Source of the DNA: Felis catus
Taxonomy: Eukaryota
Assembly (NCBI RefSeq): GCF_018350175.1
Contig: NC_058368.1
Location: forward strand, 81,656,001 to 81,720,000
Reading direction: 5' to 3'
DNA: 64,000 nt
The first letter of the stretch is position 1. Each line of letters opens with the position of its first letter. A program made the position numbers and the translations under genes. A model generated the notes under the pieces. It was not told the DNA's origin. It saw only the letters and a list, made by a program, of their open reading frames with translations, and did no database searches. This document shows positions 49,013-62,132 of the stretch, piece after piece.

Positions 49013-51374
49013 TGACTGCTCTGGGGTGAAGCACAGGGAGGGAGGTGAAGGGAGGCCGGGCTCCCTGGGGCTGCACGCACATCACACACCCCCACCCCCA
49101 CCCCCAGCCAGTAAGGACAGCCGATGGCTCTTCTGAGCTACTGTGTAAAAGATCCACATCAAAATGTGAAAGAAAGTGTAACTTTTTATTTCCAAGTAGA
49201 GTTCACACGCACTAGCCCGATCCGCTCACTCATCCTCCCCTCCCCCGCTCCCACCCGGCAGAGGCTTGGCCTGGGGAGGGGGCAAATCCATTCAATAACT
49301 CAGAAAATAATTCAAAAGCTTTTAAAAGGATGAAAGTTAAAGGTGTAGGACTTTTTGTATTTTGGTTTTTAGGCCAAGTAAAAACTGCGCTCGCGTGAAA
49401 GTGGCCAAGAAAAGCCTCACACACAGGCAGCCATGGCACCCCATGTCGCCCAGTAACAGGGACACCGGACACCGGCCTGGGGCCTCCTGGGGCCTCCTGG
49501 GCGGGGGCGGGGGAGGGGCTTACAGGAAGCTGGCCTGGCTCTTTGAGGTTAACTTCTCGGTTTCTTCAGTCCTCAACAAAGACCTCATCATGCCTTTCTC
49601 CTCGGCAAATTGTTTACTTAAGAAGAATTTGCAAATGAAAAGGCAGAAAAGAAAAGAGCAGTGAAAAGTGTCTCTTAACCTTCCTTTGAAGGAGAGATCT
49701 TTCCAATGTCACCTACCAGATCCCAAAATCTGCCTCAGGGGCGCAGTCCTTCCGCGGTGTGACCGAAAGGCGCAGGCCGCAGCGTGCGGTAACCTGGAAC
49801 ATACATTTCCTAATGACCTACGGTTTGGGATTGAATTAAATATTGAAGCAAGCTCCAGAAATACCTACAAGGAAACACACCAGCAATATTATATCGATTG
49901 TGTTAGACTGTTTAATAATTAATCCGCTCACCTCGGGTCTGAATGTCGTCCTGTTTCTCCCTCGGCTCCACAAGCACCTGCGGAGGGGCTGCGGCTCGCG
50001 GGGCCTCGTGTGCTGTGGGAGGAGGTTGAAGACACTGACCGGCTGTGTCTCCATCTCATGCCAACCAAGGCAAGACGCCTTAAGCACACTCCTTCTTAGG
50101 GCAAAAGGGACTCCATTTGTTCTCTCCTCAGCGGGACACCCATCCCAGGATCATTCTAGAGTCTGTCAGGTCGAGCCTTGCAGGATCGCTACGTGAATAT
50201 CTAGAAGGGCACTGGTGAGATTGGGGCTGACCTCGTAAGTCTTGCCAGTGTTTGAACGTCATTCGAGGGCTGTGAGCTCAGCTCGGAGGCCATTTGTACG
50301 ATAACACCCCCCCCCGGCCCCCCCCCGACCCCCCCTCCCCCGCCTAGCGCGGCCCCCACGAGTGCTCAACCAGAAATGCTGGCTTGTCTGCATGTTTCTG
50401 CCTCTTCAGAGACGCCCACACAGAACATCACCCTGAGTGTGAACCCAAAGCCATCGGCGGGGCAGATGAGGCCCATGGCGCCCGCTCACCCGCCCTGAGC
50501 TCCTGACCGAGGCTCCCACGGGGCCCCATCAAGTTACCCACTCAGCAGCCGCTTTGGCAAAAACAACCTTGGGGAAAGTGTTTGCCAACAGGAAGAGCTC
50601 CGGGTCACCTGCTGGGTGTTTGGTCTTGTCTCCACCATTGGCAAGGAGATGGGGACTTCCTCATTCCATCCGGGGGCGGGCAGGACCGCTGTCCTTTCCT
50701 GCTTCTCTGTTGGGTGTCAGAGCAAACCCAGCAGCAGGGCGCCTCCGCCTCAGGAGGGACCGGGAGGCCCCCCGCTGTGGCTCCCACGGGGATTCCGCAC
50801 ACTCAGCACAGGTGCGGGGCCTGGGGGGGCTGGTACCCCCTCGAGGGGGGATTAGGCTAATCCAGTGCTGGGAAAGGGTGACAGGGGATACGGGGTGCTG
50901 AGGGGGGCCGTGAGGGCCTCACGAGGAGCGGCGTCCATGAGGAACGGAGGAGGGCCAAGGGGCACACTACCCTCCGCTCTGGGTCCACGTCTCCAGATGC
51001 CTGAGCTGCAGGATTATGTGGCACCCGGTGCCTGGTGCATCGGGGCTCAGCAGGTGGAACAAGGAGCACAACGGGCATCAGGCAGGAGACGCAGGAAAGC
51101 CACGCTCCATGCTTCACCCTTCTCCCTTGTTCATCCGTCTGTCCTCGCATCCACCCAGCGAGTCTCTCTCAGGCGATGGCCCAGAGTTGAGCGCTGGGTC
51201 AGCCCCAGGGCCGGGGAAGCACGTGCCATCAAGGCCCCTAGAGTGGCCCCTAGACCGTCCTCGAGGTCTGCTGGAGCCCCTCGGAAACAGCACGGACATT
51301 TCCAGTTCTGTGTGGCAGCCTCATTGTCTGCAACGGAAGAGAACCCAAGACGCAGGCGGTGTGTGAAGCTCGCC

Positions 51375-51510
51375 GGGTCTGGGATCGGAGCAGCGACGGA
51401 CTGGCCATGGGTCTGGGATCGGAGCAGCGACGGACTGGCCACGGGTCTGGGATCGGAGCAGCGACGGACTGGCCACGGGTCTGGGATCTGAGCAGTGACG
51501 GACTGGCCAC
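51375..51510. repeat. 34-bp minisatellite, 4 copies (GGGTCTGGGATCGGAGCAGCGACGGACTGGCCAC)
   Basis: Units start at 51375, 51409, 51443 and 51477 and are near-identical. Confidence 0.97.
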
Positions 51511-52102
51511 GGAACCTCTGAGCTCCTCCACGCTGCCGCCATCCTGGGAGAGGTGTGCGTGGGCCAGCAAGGTGCGCTCTGTGGGCAGCCATCCTCTGCT
51601 CCGGTCTGTGGCACTCTGGGCTGGAGGGGAGGTCGCCACCACCGCGGACACCCAGCAGCCCCGGCAAAACCCCGTGGTCGCCGCCTCCCCCCCCCCCCCC
51701 ACCGCCCACCTCACGGAGAAAATGAGCGACATGGCCGTGGGGCTCCATCCAGCTGGCGACCCAGGCAGGTCATGCTGTCCGCGTCTTGGGGCCACGCCCA
51801 CCCTTGCACCACCCCCTCCCCACAAACAGACCACATATCAAGCTCATTAATGAGAAACTTTCTTACATGAAGCAGAAATTTGACGCTATTTCTCCTGGGT
51901 CGTGTGTCCTCTCATTCGTCGCTGACAAAGTCCCGTCCCAAGTGCCCCGAACTCTCCCTTGGTTGTGAAACATTGACCACTGTGCCCATCTTCTACACCC
52001 CATCCAGCCGAACAGAGTCCCACTGACTCCTTGTGACCGTCCATTGTGCCTCAAGACTGTCCCTCAAGTCCCAGCCCACAGCAAGATTATGGGGAATATT
52101 TA

Positions 52103-52275
52103 GGGGCACCTGGTGGCTCTGTTGGTTGGGCGTCTGACTCTTGATTTCGGCTCAGGTCATGATCTCACAGTTTGTGGGATCAAGCCCTGCATTGGGCTCT
52201 GTGCTGACAGCTCAGAGCCTGCTTGGGACTCTCTTCCCCTCTCTCTCTGCTCCTCCCCCCACTGGCACACACACA

Positions 52276-52315
<40 letters not shown>

Positions 52316-52340
52316 ATAAATAAACACACATTAAGAAAAT
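52103..52340 (+). mobile_element. Can-SINE with (CA)n(CT)n
   Basis: TSD ATTATGGGGAATAT at 52086-52099 and 52341-52354. Confidence 0.93.
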
Positions 52341-55236
52341 ATTATGGGGAATATGTCAAGTAACTAAAGCAAGCAAGAAAGCAAAAACGTCCAAGGTAGA
52401 GTACTTACTGCTAAGGAAAGAGTTTCTCCGTAATGTCATCAGGTCACACTCTCTAGACTGCTGAGGCTCTTCCCACAGTCTTGCCTCAGTCTCCCCATTT
52501 AAAAGAAGAAGAGTGGGGCTGATAACCTCTAGTTCTATCTGGATCCGGAGCAGCCAGGGTCCCACATGGGAGAAACACCACTTACACAGAGAGACACGCA
52601 GAGGCCACGGCTTCTCAAACTGCACTGTGGGGCCACCTGAGGATTCATGTTAGAATAACCTATGCTCAGTCACCTGGAAGGATGTGCCAGGTCCCAAGAG
52701 GGTGGCAGGGGGCTGCCCCATTCAGTGGAGTGCAGAGGATTTTCGACTAAGCATTTAACTCTTTGCTCAGCACGGGTGAGCCTCTGAGGGTTCATGGTCT
52801 CTACTCGGAGTGAATGCCTTTCCCCCTTTTCCTTCTACCTAAGTCACATGCTGGACAGCAGAGCTCCTCACATTTTGTGGTCGTTTTCTTGTTTGTCTGG
52901 GGCTGAAATTTGGGAGAAATGGCTGGTTTAGAGCTTCGCAGTGGGGAACAGACCTGCTCTGGGCAACGTCAGAGCCCCATGCCTGGCAAATAAATCAGAA
53001 GGTGTTTCTCTAAAAGCTTTGAAATTTGAAGGACAATTCAAGATAAAACTCAGAGAAGAAGCAGTAACTCCTTGAATTACCTTTGGTCAACATGCCGAGC
53101 ACTTCAGAGTGGCCACTCAGGTCTTATGAGGAAGGAGTGAGTGGCCCTCGAGGGGAGTGGGGTGTTAGTTTTCCCACTTGGTGCAAGAGAAGTGGAAAGC
53201 CAGCGAGGTGGGGTGATACGTGCGGGGGACCCTATGGGTCCCAGGCTGGAGTCGGGATTCGATCGCAAGCTCCCCGAGCCCTATCCACAGAGGCCCCGGG
53301 ACGTCGGTGTCACGAGATGCGACTCCCCAGGACTCAACCTGCCACACGGCACTCTTGCCAACCCGTCTCTGAGCGCTGGTCAGGCAGACGGGGTCTGGCA
53401 GCAGCCATTGGCATCTTGCCGTCAGAACCTTAAACGACCCCCAGCGTCACGACACCAGCCCTTGGAGTTCGCTGTCAGCAGCCTCTTCCCCCGTAAAACC
53501 CTGCCTCCTGCTGAAACGTCAGACCTTGTCAGGTACTTAAGGAGGCACGGCTATCGCAAAAGGAGAATCGGAAGAGTAGAAATGGACACAAAAACTGTTG
53601 CAAACACCCTCCTTGGTAGTCATGCCTTACTCATAAACGTACCTCATCAGCACTTAGACCACAAATTTTGTACTATAAGTGGAATTTCTAAAAGAGTCTA
53701 ACTTACATTTTCTTACTTCAACCAGCTCTTTATGAATAATGCATCACTTACCGATGCTTATCAAGTCTGACTTGGAAAATGAGAGAGTAAATTTAGTCAA
53801 ATGAAAGGAAAGGAAAAACTCTAAATCAGTCCAGTATTCAAGATCTCCAATAACAGCAAAATATGGCAAGCACTTAAAAAAAATAACTGACCAAGAAAAA
53901 GTCCTCTCCCGGTCACCCAGTACATGTAGAAGGACATGCCACCATTTATATAGAACTCCACCCAGTGACATTGGTTTGCTGTGTATGAAATGTCCCCTTA
54001 TCCTCGGTCCTGGCCGACCCCAGGTGCTCTCAGGCCCCCTACGCTCTCTTGAGCCGTCTGGTAAAATTCTGTAAGAGACAGCAGGGGGCTTTGAAGAGTC
54101 TGGCAGGGCTGCTTTAGACATTAAAGATCTGCAAAGACCCAGACCTTACGTGGGAAACACGAGAGCCCAGCTACGCGTGTCTGCCAGGAGACGGCACGGG
54201 GCGAGGCCACTGGCAGGTCCAGCAGCCGCTGTCACGAGAACCTCAGTCCCTAGTCACTCGGGAAGGAGGGGATGTGGACCAGCATCGGAAGTTGGGGACA
54301 GGGGTGAAGAACAAAGAGGAAGGAGACTCCAGGCAGCACCAGCGTGTGCCCATTGGGAGCCACCTGCCTTCCCTGCCAGCAGAGAGGAGAGCCATCTGAA
54401 TCACAAACGCTGGGTCCTTCCACGGAGGACACAGAAAGCTGGGGCCCAGGATGCGCCCCCGTGGCTAGAGGGGAAGAGAAAAAAAGAGAAAACCACAAGG
54501 AACAACGGAAGGAGGGAGGGGAGGGGAGGGAAGTTTCAAACGAAAGTGTTTAAATTCATTTCAATTCTCTTACGTGGAACCAGTTCAAATTGTTTATGTT
54601 TAACCGTACTCAACTCCATTTTTACAAACGTGGCCGGGGTCACGTGTCCAAGAAGCCAGCTGACAAATGTGCGCCATACAAGACTCTTACTTTCAGTGTT
54701 CCAGGAAAAAAGGATCTTTTTGTTAATATAAAGAAAACAGCCTAACAAAGTTGGGCGTCTTGTGAGTAGTGACCAAACACAGCCAAATAGTTTCCCATAT
54801 CGTGCTCCTGTGAGAAAACCAAAAAACTGGATGTCAGTCTGTGAAAACAGGAGGTTCTCGCAGCAGAGTGGGAAACATCTGATTCTGTATTTGCCGCCTT
54901 TTCCTCTGCAAAGCCGCCCTGTGATCACCAGGACCTTAGACATGGTGTGATCTCAATGTGTCATGGGCTAGAATCATTTACAGATATTTACTGCCGTTCT
55001 GTGTGTGCAAAACACTATTCTTTTCCCAGATGCCATTGCTACGCCCTTCATACGCGCCAGATAAGTACTTTCTAATCTCCTTCCTCAGACCTTCCTCACG
55101 AGAACCCCGTGAAAGACGTACGTATTCTCACGTCAACACGGGAAAACTCAAGGTTGTGGGTGGGTTTTATCGAAGTCAACTTAGCAACCTGGAGAGGATA
55201 CAAAACTGTCAGACCCCCTTAAACAGCCGCCAACTA

Positions 55237-55458
55237 GGGGCGCCTGGGGGGCTCAGTGGGTTGAGCGACCGACTGCGGCTCAGGTCACCATCTCGCGGTT
55301 TGTGAGTTCGAGCCCTGCGTCGGGCTCTGTGCTAACAGCTCAGAGCCCGGAGCCTGCTTCAGATTCTGTGTCTCCCTCTCCTTCTGCCCCTCCCCAGCTC
55401 ACGCTTTTTGTCTCTCTGTCTCTCAATAATAAATAAACGTTAAAACAAAACAAAACAA
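55237..55458 (+). mobile_element. Can-SINE
   Basis: TSD core AAACAGCCGCCA at 55221-55232 and 55459-55470. (AAAAC)n tail. Confidence 0.94.
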
Positions 55459-57342
55459 AAACAGCCGCCATCTGACCGGCCTCTCCGCGGCCCCTGCACA
55501 CTCCTCGTGCACGAATGCACCAGCGGAGCGGAGGAAGCCAGCCTGGGCCAGGCCCTGGCCCCAGCTGTGTGCACCCAGCGGCCTGAGCCCCAAGTCTCCC
55601 CGTGCGGGATGGAGAGGCCTCCCCAGGCCTGTCTCTCAGGCGCCGCGAGATTGTTCCTGTGACAGCACTTAATAAGCCCCGTGTAAACTCGAGCGAGGCA
55701 TGCTTGTGGCTCTCAAGGTCTGAACTTGAGTGCATAGGGGAGCATCCCTGTACTGTACCAACTCCCAGAGGAAAGTTAATAGATGTATTTTAAACATGTT
55801 CCTGAAATCAAAGAGGTATTCCACACTTGTTCTAGTAAATTATTCTCAGAAGACCCAAGAATCAATGGCTGGGGAAATAGCTTCTTTGTTTCGGTACAAG
55901 TGCCATGTTTGGGGCCACACTGTTTGTGAATCAATGTATTTGTTGATTCGATGAGAGAACAGCATTACGCTTTTCTTTGTTGGGGCCCAAATTACGCATT
56001 TTCTGCTTCTACCAACACCTGCTGTATGTCAGAGGGTCTGCTGTGGCCCCGGGCCCCACAGCAGGCTGGGGACCGGAGACAGCTCTCCCCCGGCTTCTCC
56101 CTGAGACTGTGGGGTTCCCACAAAGGGAAAGCCTTCCCTGAGGGGGTGCTCCTCCCACCCCACCTCCCGCCCTGCATCCGACGGGAGGCCTTCTGGCACC
56201 GGGACAAGCAGGCCCTGTGCTGTTAGGAAAAAACAGGGCTTCTGCCCAGGTAGTGAGTGACAAAGGCCAAAGACATGACTCTGACCAGGAGACACAGCGG
56301 GAGCAGGGGAAGGACAGGGGACAGGCCTTAGGTTTGGAGGGGAGTCTGCCTGTCAGTAACCTAGACAGATAAGATGGCTCAACCCATGTGCCCGCTTGCC
56401 TCACACTGAGGGCACTCCCAGGGGTCGGACACTATGCCGCACCAGGAAAGTCCCAGGAAGCCAGGCCAACTGCCCCCCAGGGTTCCAACCCCCATGACCC
56501 TCAGTCCTGGAGTCACAGCCCCAGGGCTCTGGACTCACTGCACCCGCAAGAACCTGTGGTCAACCACAGTCCCTCCTCCCTGCGTCCTACTGTGCCGTCC
56601 CTCCAATGGCGGGGCAGTGACTTCCAGTCCCCTCCTGTGGGCTGAGATTGCCAGTGCTGCCCCGCTGGGGTCAGCCCCAGACCCTGCTGCTGTTCAAGTA
56701 GTGACAGCAGTAAGCGCTTCTTGGAATGTGCATTAGCGGGGCTCCAACACCCACCAAACCTCACTTTTGACCTATCGGAGCCGGCGTGATCGGAGTTCCC
56801 AGGCTTGTGTGTGGAGGTCTGATCTCCGTGTTGAATAATTTAGGACTCTGGCAAGCAACTTCAGACGTTACATTTGCCAACGTCGGGGTGCTGAGTTTTT
56901 GAGTTTTTTTCTCTGAAACTTTGGTTTGAAAGAATAAAGTTAAAAGGGATAAGCTTTCAGGCTGTCTTCTCCCCTCCATTAATGGGTTTCCTTCAGGTGG
57001 CATGATGGAAATGGCTCGGAGGTGGTGGATATAAAGTTGAAATTTGATACGTGTTGCCATATTGGAAAGAAAGAGAAAGAGAGGAAGGGAGAGAGAAGTG
57101 GGGGGGAGGGAAGAAAACACCGGCACAGAGCTTTGTGTTATATATTACGTGCACACGGAATTGCCCCCCAGCACAGGAAAGAAATGTGGAGTTATTGGGG
57201 CCCTGGATGTATGTCACACTTGGAAACAAGTGAAAACATGACGTGACTTGTATTTAACTGACATTTTGTCTGAAAGTGACCACATGTGTGACAGGAAAAA
57301 GAGGCAACATGGAGGAGTGCTTATAATCTGTCCTCTCTTTTA

Positions 57343-57755
57343 TCCCTGCACCCCACCCCTTACATCCTGGACCCCACCCTGCGCCTGCCCCCACCCCTGC
57401 TGTCTCCCCCCATGTCTCGGACAGCCCCTTGCCCCCACCCCTGCCCCCCACCTCTGCTCCCATCCTGGGCATCCCACATACACCCACCCCGTGTCCTGGC
57501 CCCCCCACCCCTTCCCCCACCCCTGCTGTCCCCTCCACATCCCAGACAGCCACCTGCCCCCACCCCTGCCATTCCCCCCCCACACTTTCTGGACAACCCC
57601 CTGCCCCCACCCCTGTTCCCAACCCAGCTGTCCCACACCCACCCCCCTATGTCCCAGCCCCCCTGCTCCCCCCGCTGTCCCCCACCCACATCTGCACAGC
57701 CCCCTGCCCCCAACCCTGCCATCTCCTCCCACTGCCCCCACCCCTGCCCAGCCCC
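57343..57755. repeat. Degenerate C-rich tandem repeat (CCCTGCCCCCACCCCTG motif)
   Basis: Recurrent CCCCCACCCCTG units and strong C/G strand asymmetry. Confidence 0.85.
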
Positions 57756-57980
57756 GGGAGCAGCACAGGACACTCCGGAGAAGGCTCTGTGCTGGAGTGG
57801 TGTCTCCATATTTCGGAGCAGCACCTGTGTCCAATGCCATTGCCACTGTCCTGAAATGAGACTCACATGTGATGTGAGCCACCTGTACACACGACTTTTT
57901 AGAAATCTACGTGGTCCCCAAATTGCTACTCAAAGAAATATAAAAGAGAAAGCAAGAGTCATTGAAAATAAAAGAATACA

Positions 57981-58168
57981 AGGCTGCCTGGGTTGAGTGT
58001 CTGGCTCAGTCGGTTGAGTGTCTGACTTCGCTCAGGTCCTGATCTCACGGTTTGTGAGTTCGAGCCCCGAGTCAGCACAGAGCCTGCTTCGGATCCTCTG
58101 TGTCCCCCTCTCTCTACCCCTCCCACTCACACTCTCTGTCTCTCAAAAATAAAACTAAAAAAAATTTT
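57981..58168 (+). mobile_element. Can-SINE with internal duplication and deletion
   Basis: TSD AAATAAAAGAATACA at 57966-57980 and 58169-58183. GGTTGAGTGTCTG occurs twice. Confidence 0.9.
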
Positions 58169-58504
58169 AAATAAAAGAATACACATTTAAATATGTAAAT
58201 TCTCAGACATGATTACAGTAGGAAACATAATAAACCAATCAGATGCTCAGACTTTGCTATATTGGTCTTGCTTTTTAAAAGTAAGTTCAGAAGCGACATC
58301 ATACAGCTCAGGGGAAATGACAAACTGCAGTGATAATTGTCACCAGTGTCCATAATTCTTGGCGATGTTACATGTGCCGCCTTGACCATAATTTTGCTGG
58401 AGGCTTCTGCTGGGCCTCTGACGTGGCGTGCTGCAGGGAAGGGAAGCAGCCCACATGCCACTTGGGTCCCTGAGTGCCCTCCTACCTCGGAGATCACCGT
58501 GAGC

Positions 58505-58705
58505 CGGGGTTTCTCAGCCTCAACACTACTGGCATTTCGGACCGGGTAATGTTTTGCTGTGGGGGCTGCACTGTGCATCTTAGGGCATTTGGGGGCACAC
58601 CCCAAGCCAGGGGCGCCCTATCCCCAGTCACGAGGATTGGAAATGTCTCCAGGTATTGTCAGATGTCCCCTGGCAGAGAGACAGGGCCCCAGGTGACAAC
58701 CACTG
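58505..58705 (+). mobile_element. MER20 (hAT-Charlie) non-autonomous DNA transposon
   Basis: GTTTCTCAGCCTCAACACTACTGGCATTT...AAATGTCTCCAGGTATTGTCAGATGTCCCCTGG...ACAACCACTG. 8-bp TSD CCGTGAGC/ACGTGAGC. Confidence 0.88.
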
Positions 58706-59391
58706 ACGTGAGCTACATACTGTCCTCTCGAGGTCTCTGCTTAATGCATTTAGTGATTTTCTAAAACAGGATATGCCAGCAGGAGCCTGACTTCCCGCAG
58801 AGAACAGAGCCTGATATTGTCCTAGTGAGAACGTGAAAGTTTTCAAGAAATCTGACCCAGGAAAACCGCTTACGTTTCTTCCTTTATTCCAGTTAAGCTC
58901 GGTCATTGTTTTGTGTATGAGTTTAGCCAATATTACTTTACCTATTAGCTATTCTGTATGGTTTTTTCTTCCCCCAACCCAGGAGCACCTTTGAAAAGTA
59001 ACCACACCATACATATGCCTTTTTGAAGCTTGGAGGACGCTCAAAATCAGGTTTGATCAATACCATCATAATGAAGATTAAAGTGTGATTTTTGGTTCCT
59101 TAAGAAACTATTACAACAATTTATCATAGCTGGTCAGGTAGTCAATATAAACAAAACTCACTGAAGAAAAATAATCACTAGCTTATGTAATACAAATTTA
59201 ATTGATTTACTTCTATTATTAAAAAACTAATGGATAATTTGTCAGAGTTAAATATTTATAGCTCCAATTTAAAAATTTGATCTCTACTTTTTGTACCCTA
59301 AAACTAAGCCAGTGGATGTACTTAATGCTGTCTCAGATTATACCAGAATGACACCACATATCAGCTGGTAAAATATGTTTCTAGGCTTGCA

Positions 59392-59610
59392 TTTTTCTTT
59401 TCTTTTCTTTTTAATATTTATTTAATTTTGAGAGACAGAAAAAGATAGAGCGTGAGTTGGGGAGGGGCAGAGGGAGAGGGAGACAGAATCCGAACCAGGC
59501 TCCAGGCCCTGAGCTGTCAGCACAGAGCCTGACGCGGGGCTCGAACTCACAGACTGTAAGATCATGACCTGAACTGAAGTCGGACGCTGAACCAAGTCAC
59601 CCAGGTGCCC
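59392..59610 (-). mobile_element. Can-SINE
   Basis: Full reverse-complement copy with a (TTTTC)n tail. Confidence 0.93.
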
Positions 59611-60879
59611 ACCCCGCTGCTTTGGAATTTTAAACTTAATTCGTATCTATGCATCCTTCTAGTTTATTCAAAAATACCTTACACTAACTCAGTTTGTAAA
59701 TTAAGTAGGAATTTAATTATGCGAAGTTGAAGCTGCATTAAAGGAGAGGCTGGTGAAGGGTTATTTATGAAGTCCCTTCCACAGGGATATTGCATAGACA
59801 TTTCTCACATGCATAGGCATTTCTCACAGCCACCTTATCTTTATGTATTTCCCCACTTTATAGGAAGGAAGCTGTGGCTCAAGGAAGTAAAGTAACTCGC
59901 CCCCCGACCCACAGACAACATCTACAACAAACCAAGTGACAAGGTCTTTCGCCAACCTGCAAAATGTGAGCAGGTGAAAATAAATCCCCAACAACTAGAA
60001 AACTCACAAGGTATCACTATCTGCATTTCAAACAACGAGGGAAGGAAGTGGGACACTGATGGCCTTGAACACAGGCCCAAAGTGGCCGTGGTCCTGACCT
60101 AGAGGCCCAGCGAGGCAGACGGCAGAAGTCCACAGTGGCATGGGACCTGCTCATTCTAGTTCTGGGGTCCCTGAGAGGTAATGTCGCTGAATCTGGACGC
60201 CAGGTCTGAGCCACCAAGCAGTGCCCTCCCCGAGCCAAGCTCTGCACTGAGGCAGGAGAGGATTCAAAGGACAGGGACACGGGGCAAAGGAAAGGACGTC
60301 CAGTGGGAGAAAGGAGAGGAGGCCAAGAGGCCACACACAGCGGTCAGGGGTTCGCTTCACGAGCACGAGACAATCAATAGCAGACAGACCTTCCTGCCGA
60401 CAAATCAGATAACCTAGATGAGCTCAGCCCTAGAAAAACAAACTACTGAAAATGACCCAAGAAGGGACAGAAAATCTGAATATACTTAGGACAGTTAAAG
60501 AGATTTAATTAGTCATTAAAACCTTTTCTGCAAAGAAAGGCTCAGGCTCAAATGGCTTCGCTGGTGAGTTCAACCAAACGTCTAAAGACGAATCAATACC
60601 AGACCTTCACAAACTCTTCCTAAAAGAACAGAGAGAGACACTTCCTAACTCCTTCCATGAAGCCAATATGACTCTGACACCAAAGTCAGCTAAGGCTGTG
60701 ATCACACGAAAACTACACACCAGAGGCGTATCGATCCTTATGCAAGAATCCTCAACTAAAGACCAGCCAACTAAACCCAGCAACGTACAGGAAGGATCAT
60801 GTACCGTGACGAGTGGGGCATATGCCAAGAATGTAGAGTGATTCAATGTACAGAAATCAATGTAATACAGCACTTTATT

Positions 60880-61295
60880 TTTTAAGACTTTTTTTTTAAG
60901 TTTATTCATTTATTTAAAGAGTGGGGAAGGAGCAGAGAAAGAGAATTCTAAGCAGGTTCCGCACTGTCAGTGCAGAGCCTGATGCAGGGCTTAAATTCAC
61001 CAACTGTGAGATCATGACCTGAAGTCAAGAGTTGGACCCTCGGGGTGCCTGGGTGGCGCAGTCGGTTAAGCGTCCGACTTCACCTCAGGTCACGATCTCG
61101 CGGTCCAGGAGTTCGAGCCCCGCGTCAGGCTCTGGGCTGATGGCTCAGAGCCTGGAGCCTGCTTTCGATTCTGTGTCTCCTTCTCTCTCTGGCCCTCCCC
61201 CCTTCATGCTCTGTCTCTCTCTGTCTCAAAAATAAATAAACGTTAAAAAAAAAATCAAGAGTGGGACCCTCAACAGACTGAGCCCCCGGGCATTG
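60880..61295 (-). mobile_element. Can-SINE split by a younger opposite-strand SINE
   Basis: Body at 60880-61041, head resumes at 61255-61295. Confidence 0.85.
61042..61254 (+). mobile_element. Young feline Can-SINE nested in a SINE
   Basis: TSD TCAAGAGT(T/G)GGACCCTC at 61025-61041 and 61255-61271. Confidence 0.95.
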
Positions 61296-61685
61296 TCATA
61301 CGGCACTGTAATATGGTAAAAGACAAAAACCACACGGCCATCTTAATTGACACAGAAAAGGCATTTGACCAAATCCAGTATCCTTTCATGATGGAAGGAA
61401 GGAAGGAAGGAAGGAAGGAAGGAAGGGGGAGGGAGGGAGAGAAGGGAAAGACGAGATGAGACAAGACAAGACAAGGCAAGAAAAGAAAAGAGAAACAAAC
61501 CAGGAATAGAAGTCAACTGCCTCTACTTGACAAAGGTCCCTGTGAAAACCTGCAGCTGACATCACCCCTGCTGGTGAAAGTCTGTCCTCTGTCCCCTGAG
61601 AGCAGAACAGGCAAGGACACTCTCGCCACTTGTGTTCAACCTCGTAGCATAGCTTCTAGCACAGTAGTTGGCGAGCGTGTATGTG

Positions 61686-61734
<49 letters not shown>

Positions 61735-61929
61735 GAGGTATCCATATCGGAAAAGAAGAAGTAAAATTAACTCTCTCTGAAGTTTCTGAGGAACAACCCA
61801 CATGGAGACAGGTGGATCACCATGCAGGATTGATCATTATTGAAGGCAGCTGATGGCTATCTTTTTCTCTAATTTTACATATGTTTAAAATTTTATATAA
61901 TAAAGATTTTTTTTTTAAATCTCAACTGT

Positions 61930-62132
61930 CAGGGCGCCTGGGTGGCTCAGTCAGTTAAGCATCTGACTCTCGGTTTTGGCTCAGGCCATGATCTCAAGGT
62001 TTCATGGGTTCGAGCCCCGCGTCGGGCTCTGCACGGACACGGCGGATTCTCTCTTTCTTCCTCTTTCTCTGCCCCTTCCCTGATCACACTGACTCTGTCT
62101 CTCTCAAAATAAATCAATAAACTTAAAAAAAT
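61930..62132 (+). mobile_element. Can-SINE
   Basis: Standard head, CT tract and A-rich tail. Confidence 0.9.

Larger units (their letters stand above)
60400..61785 (+). mobile_element. Decayed L1 ORF2 (RT region) interrupted by SINEs and microsatellites
   Basis: L1 motifs AAATGGCTTCGCTGGTGAGTTC, ACTTCCTAACTCCTTCCATGAAGCCA, GACACAGAAAAGGCATTTGACCAAAT, GGAAAAGAAGAAGTAAAA. (GGAA)n near 61393-61425, (CA)n near 61690-61732. Confidence 0.85.

Noticed and set aside
51375..51510. CRISPR-like repeat length (34 bp)
   Set aside because: Units are contiguous with no unique spacers, and the context is mammalian.
162..61235. Recurring ORF family MAQSVKRPTSAQV...SLSQK
   Set aside because: Translations of Can-SINE bodies, not a gene family.
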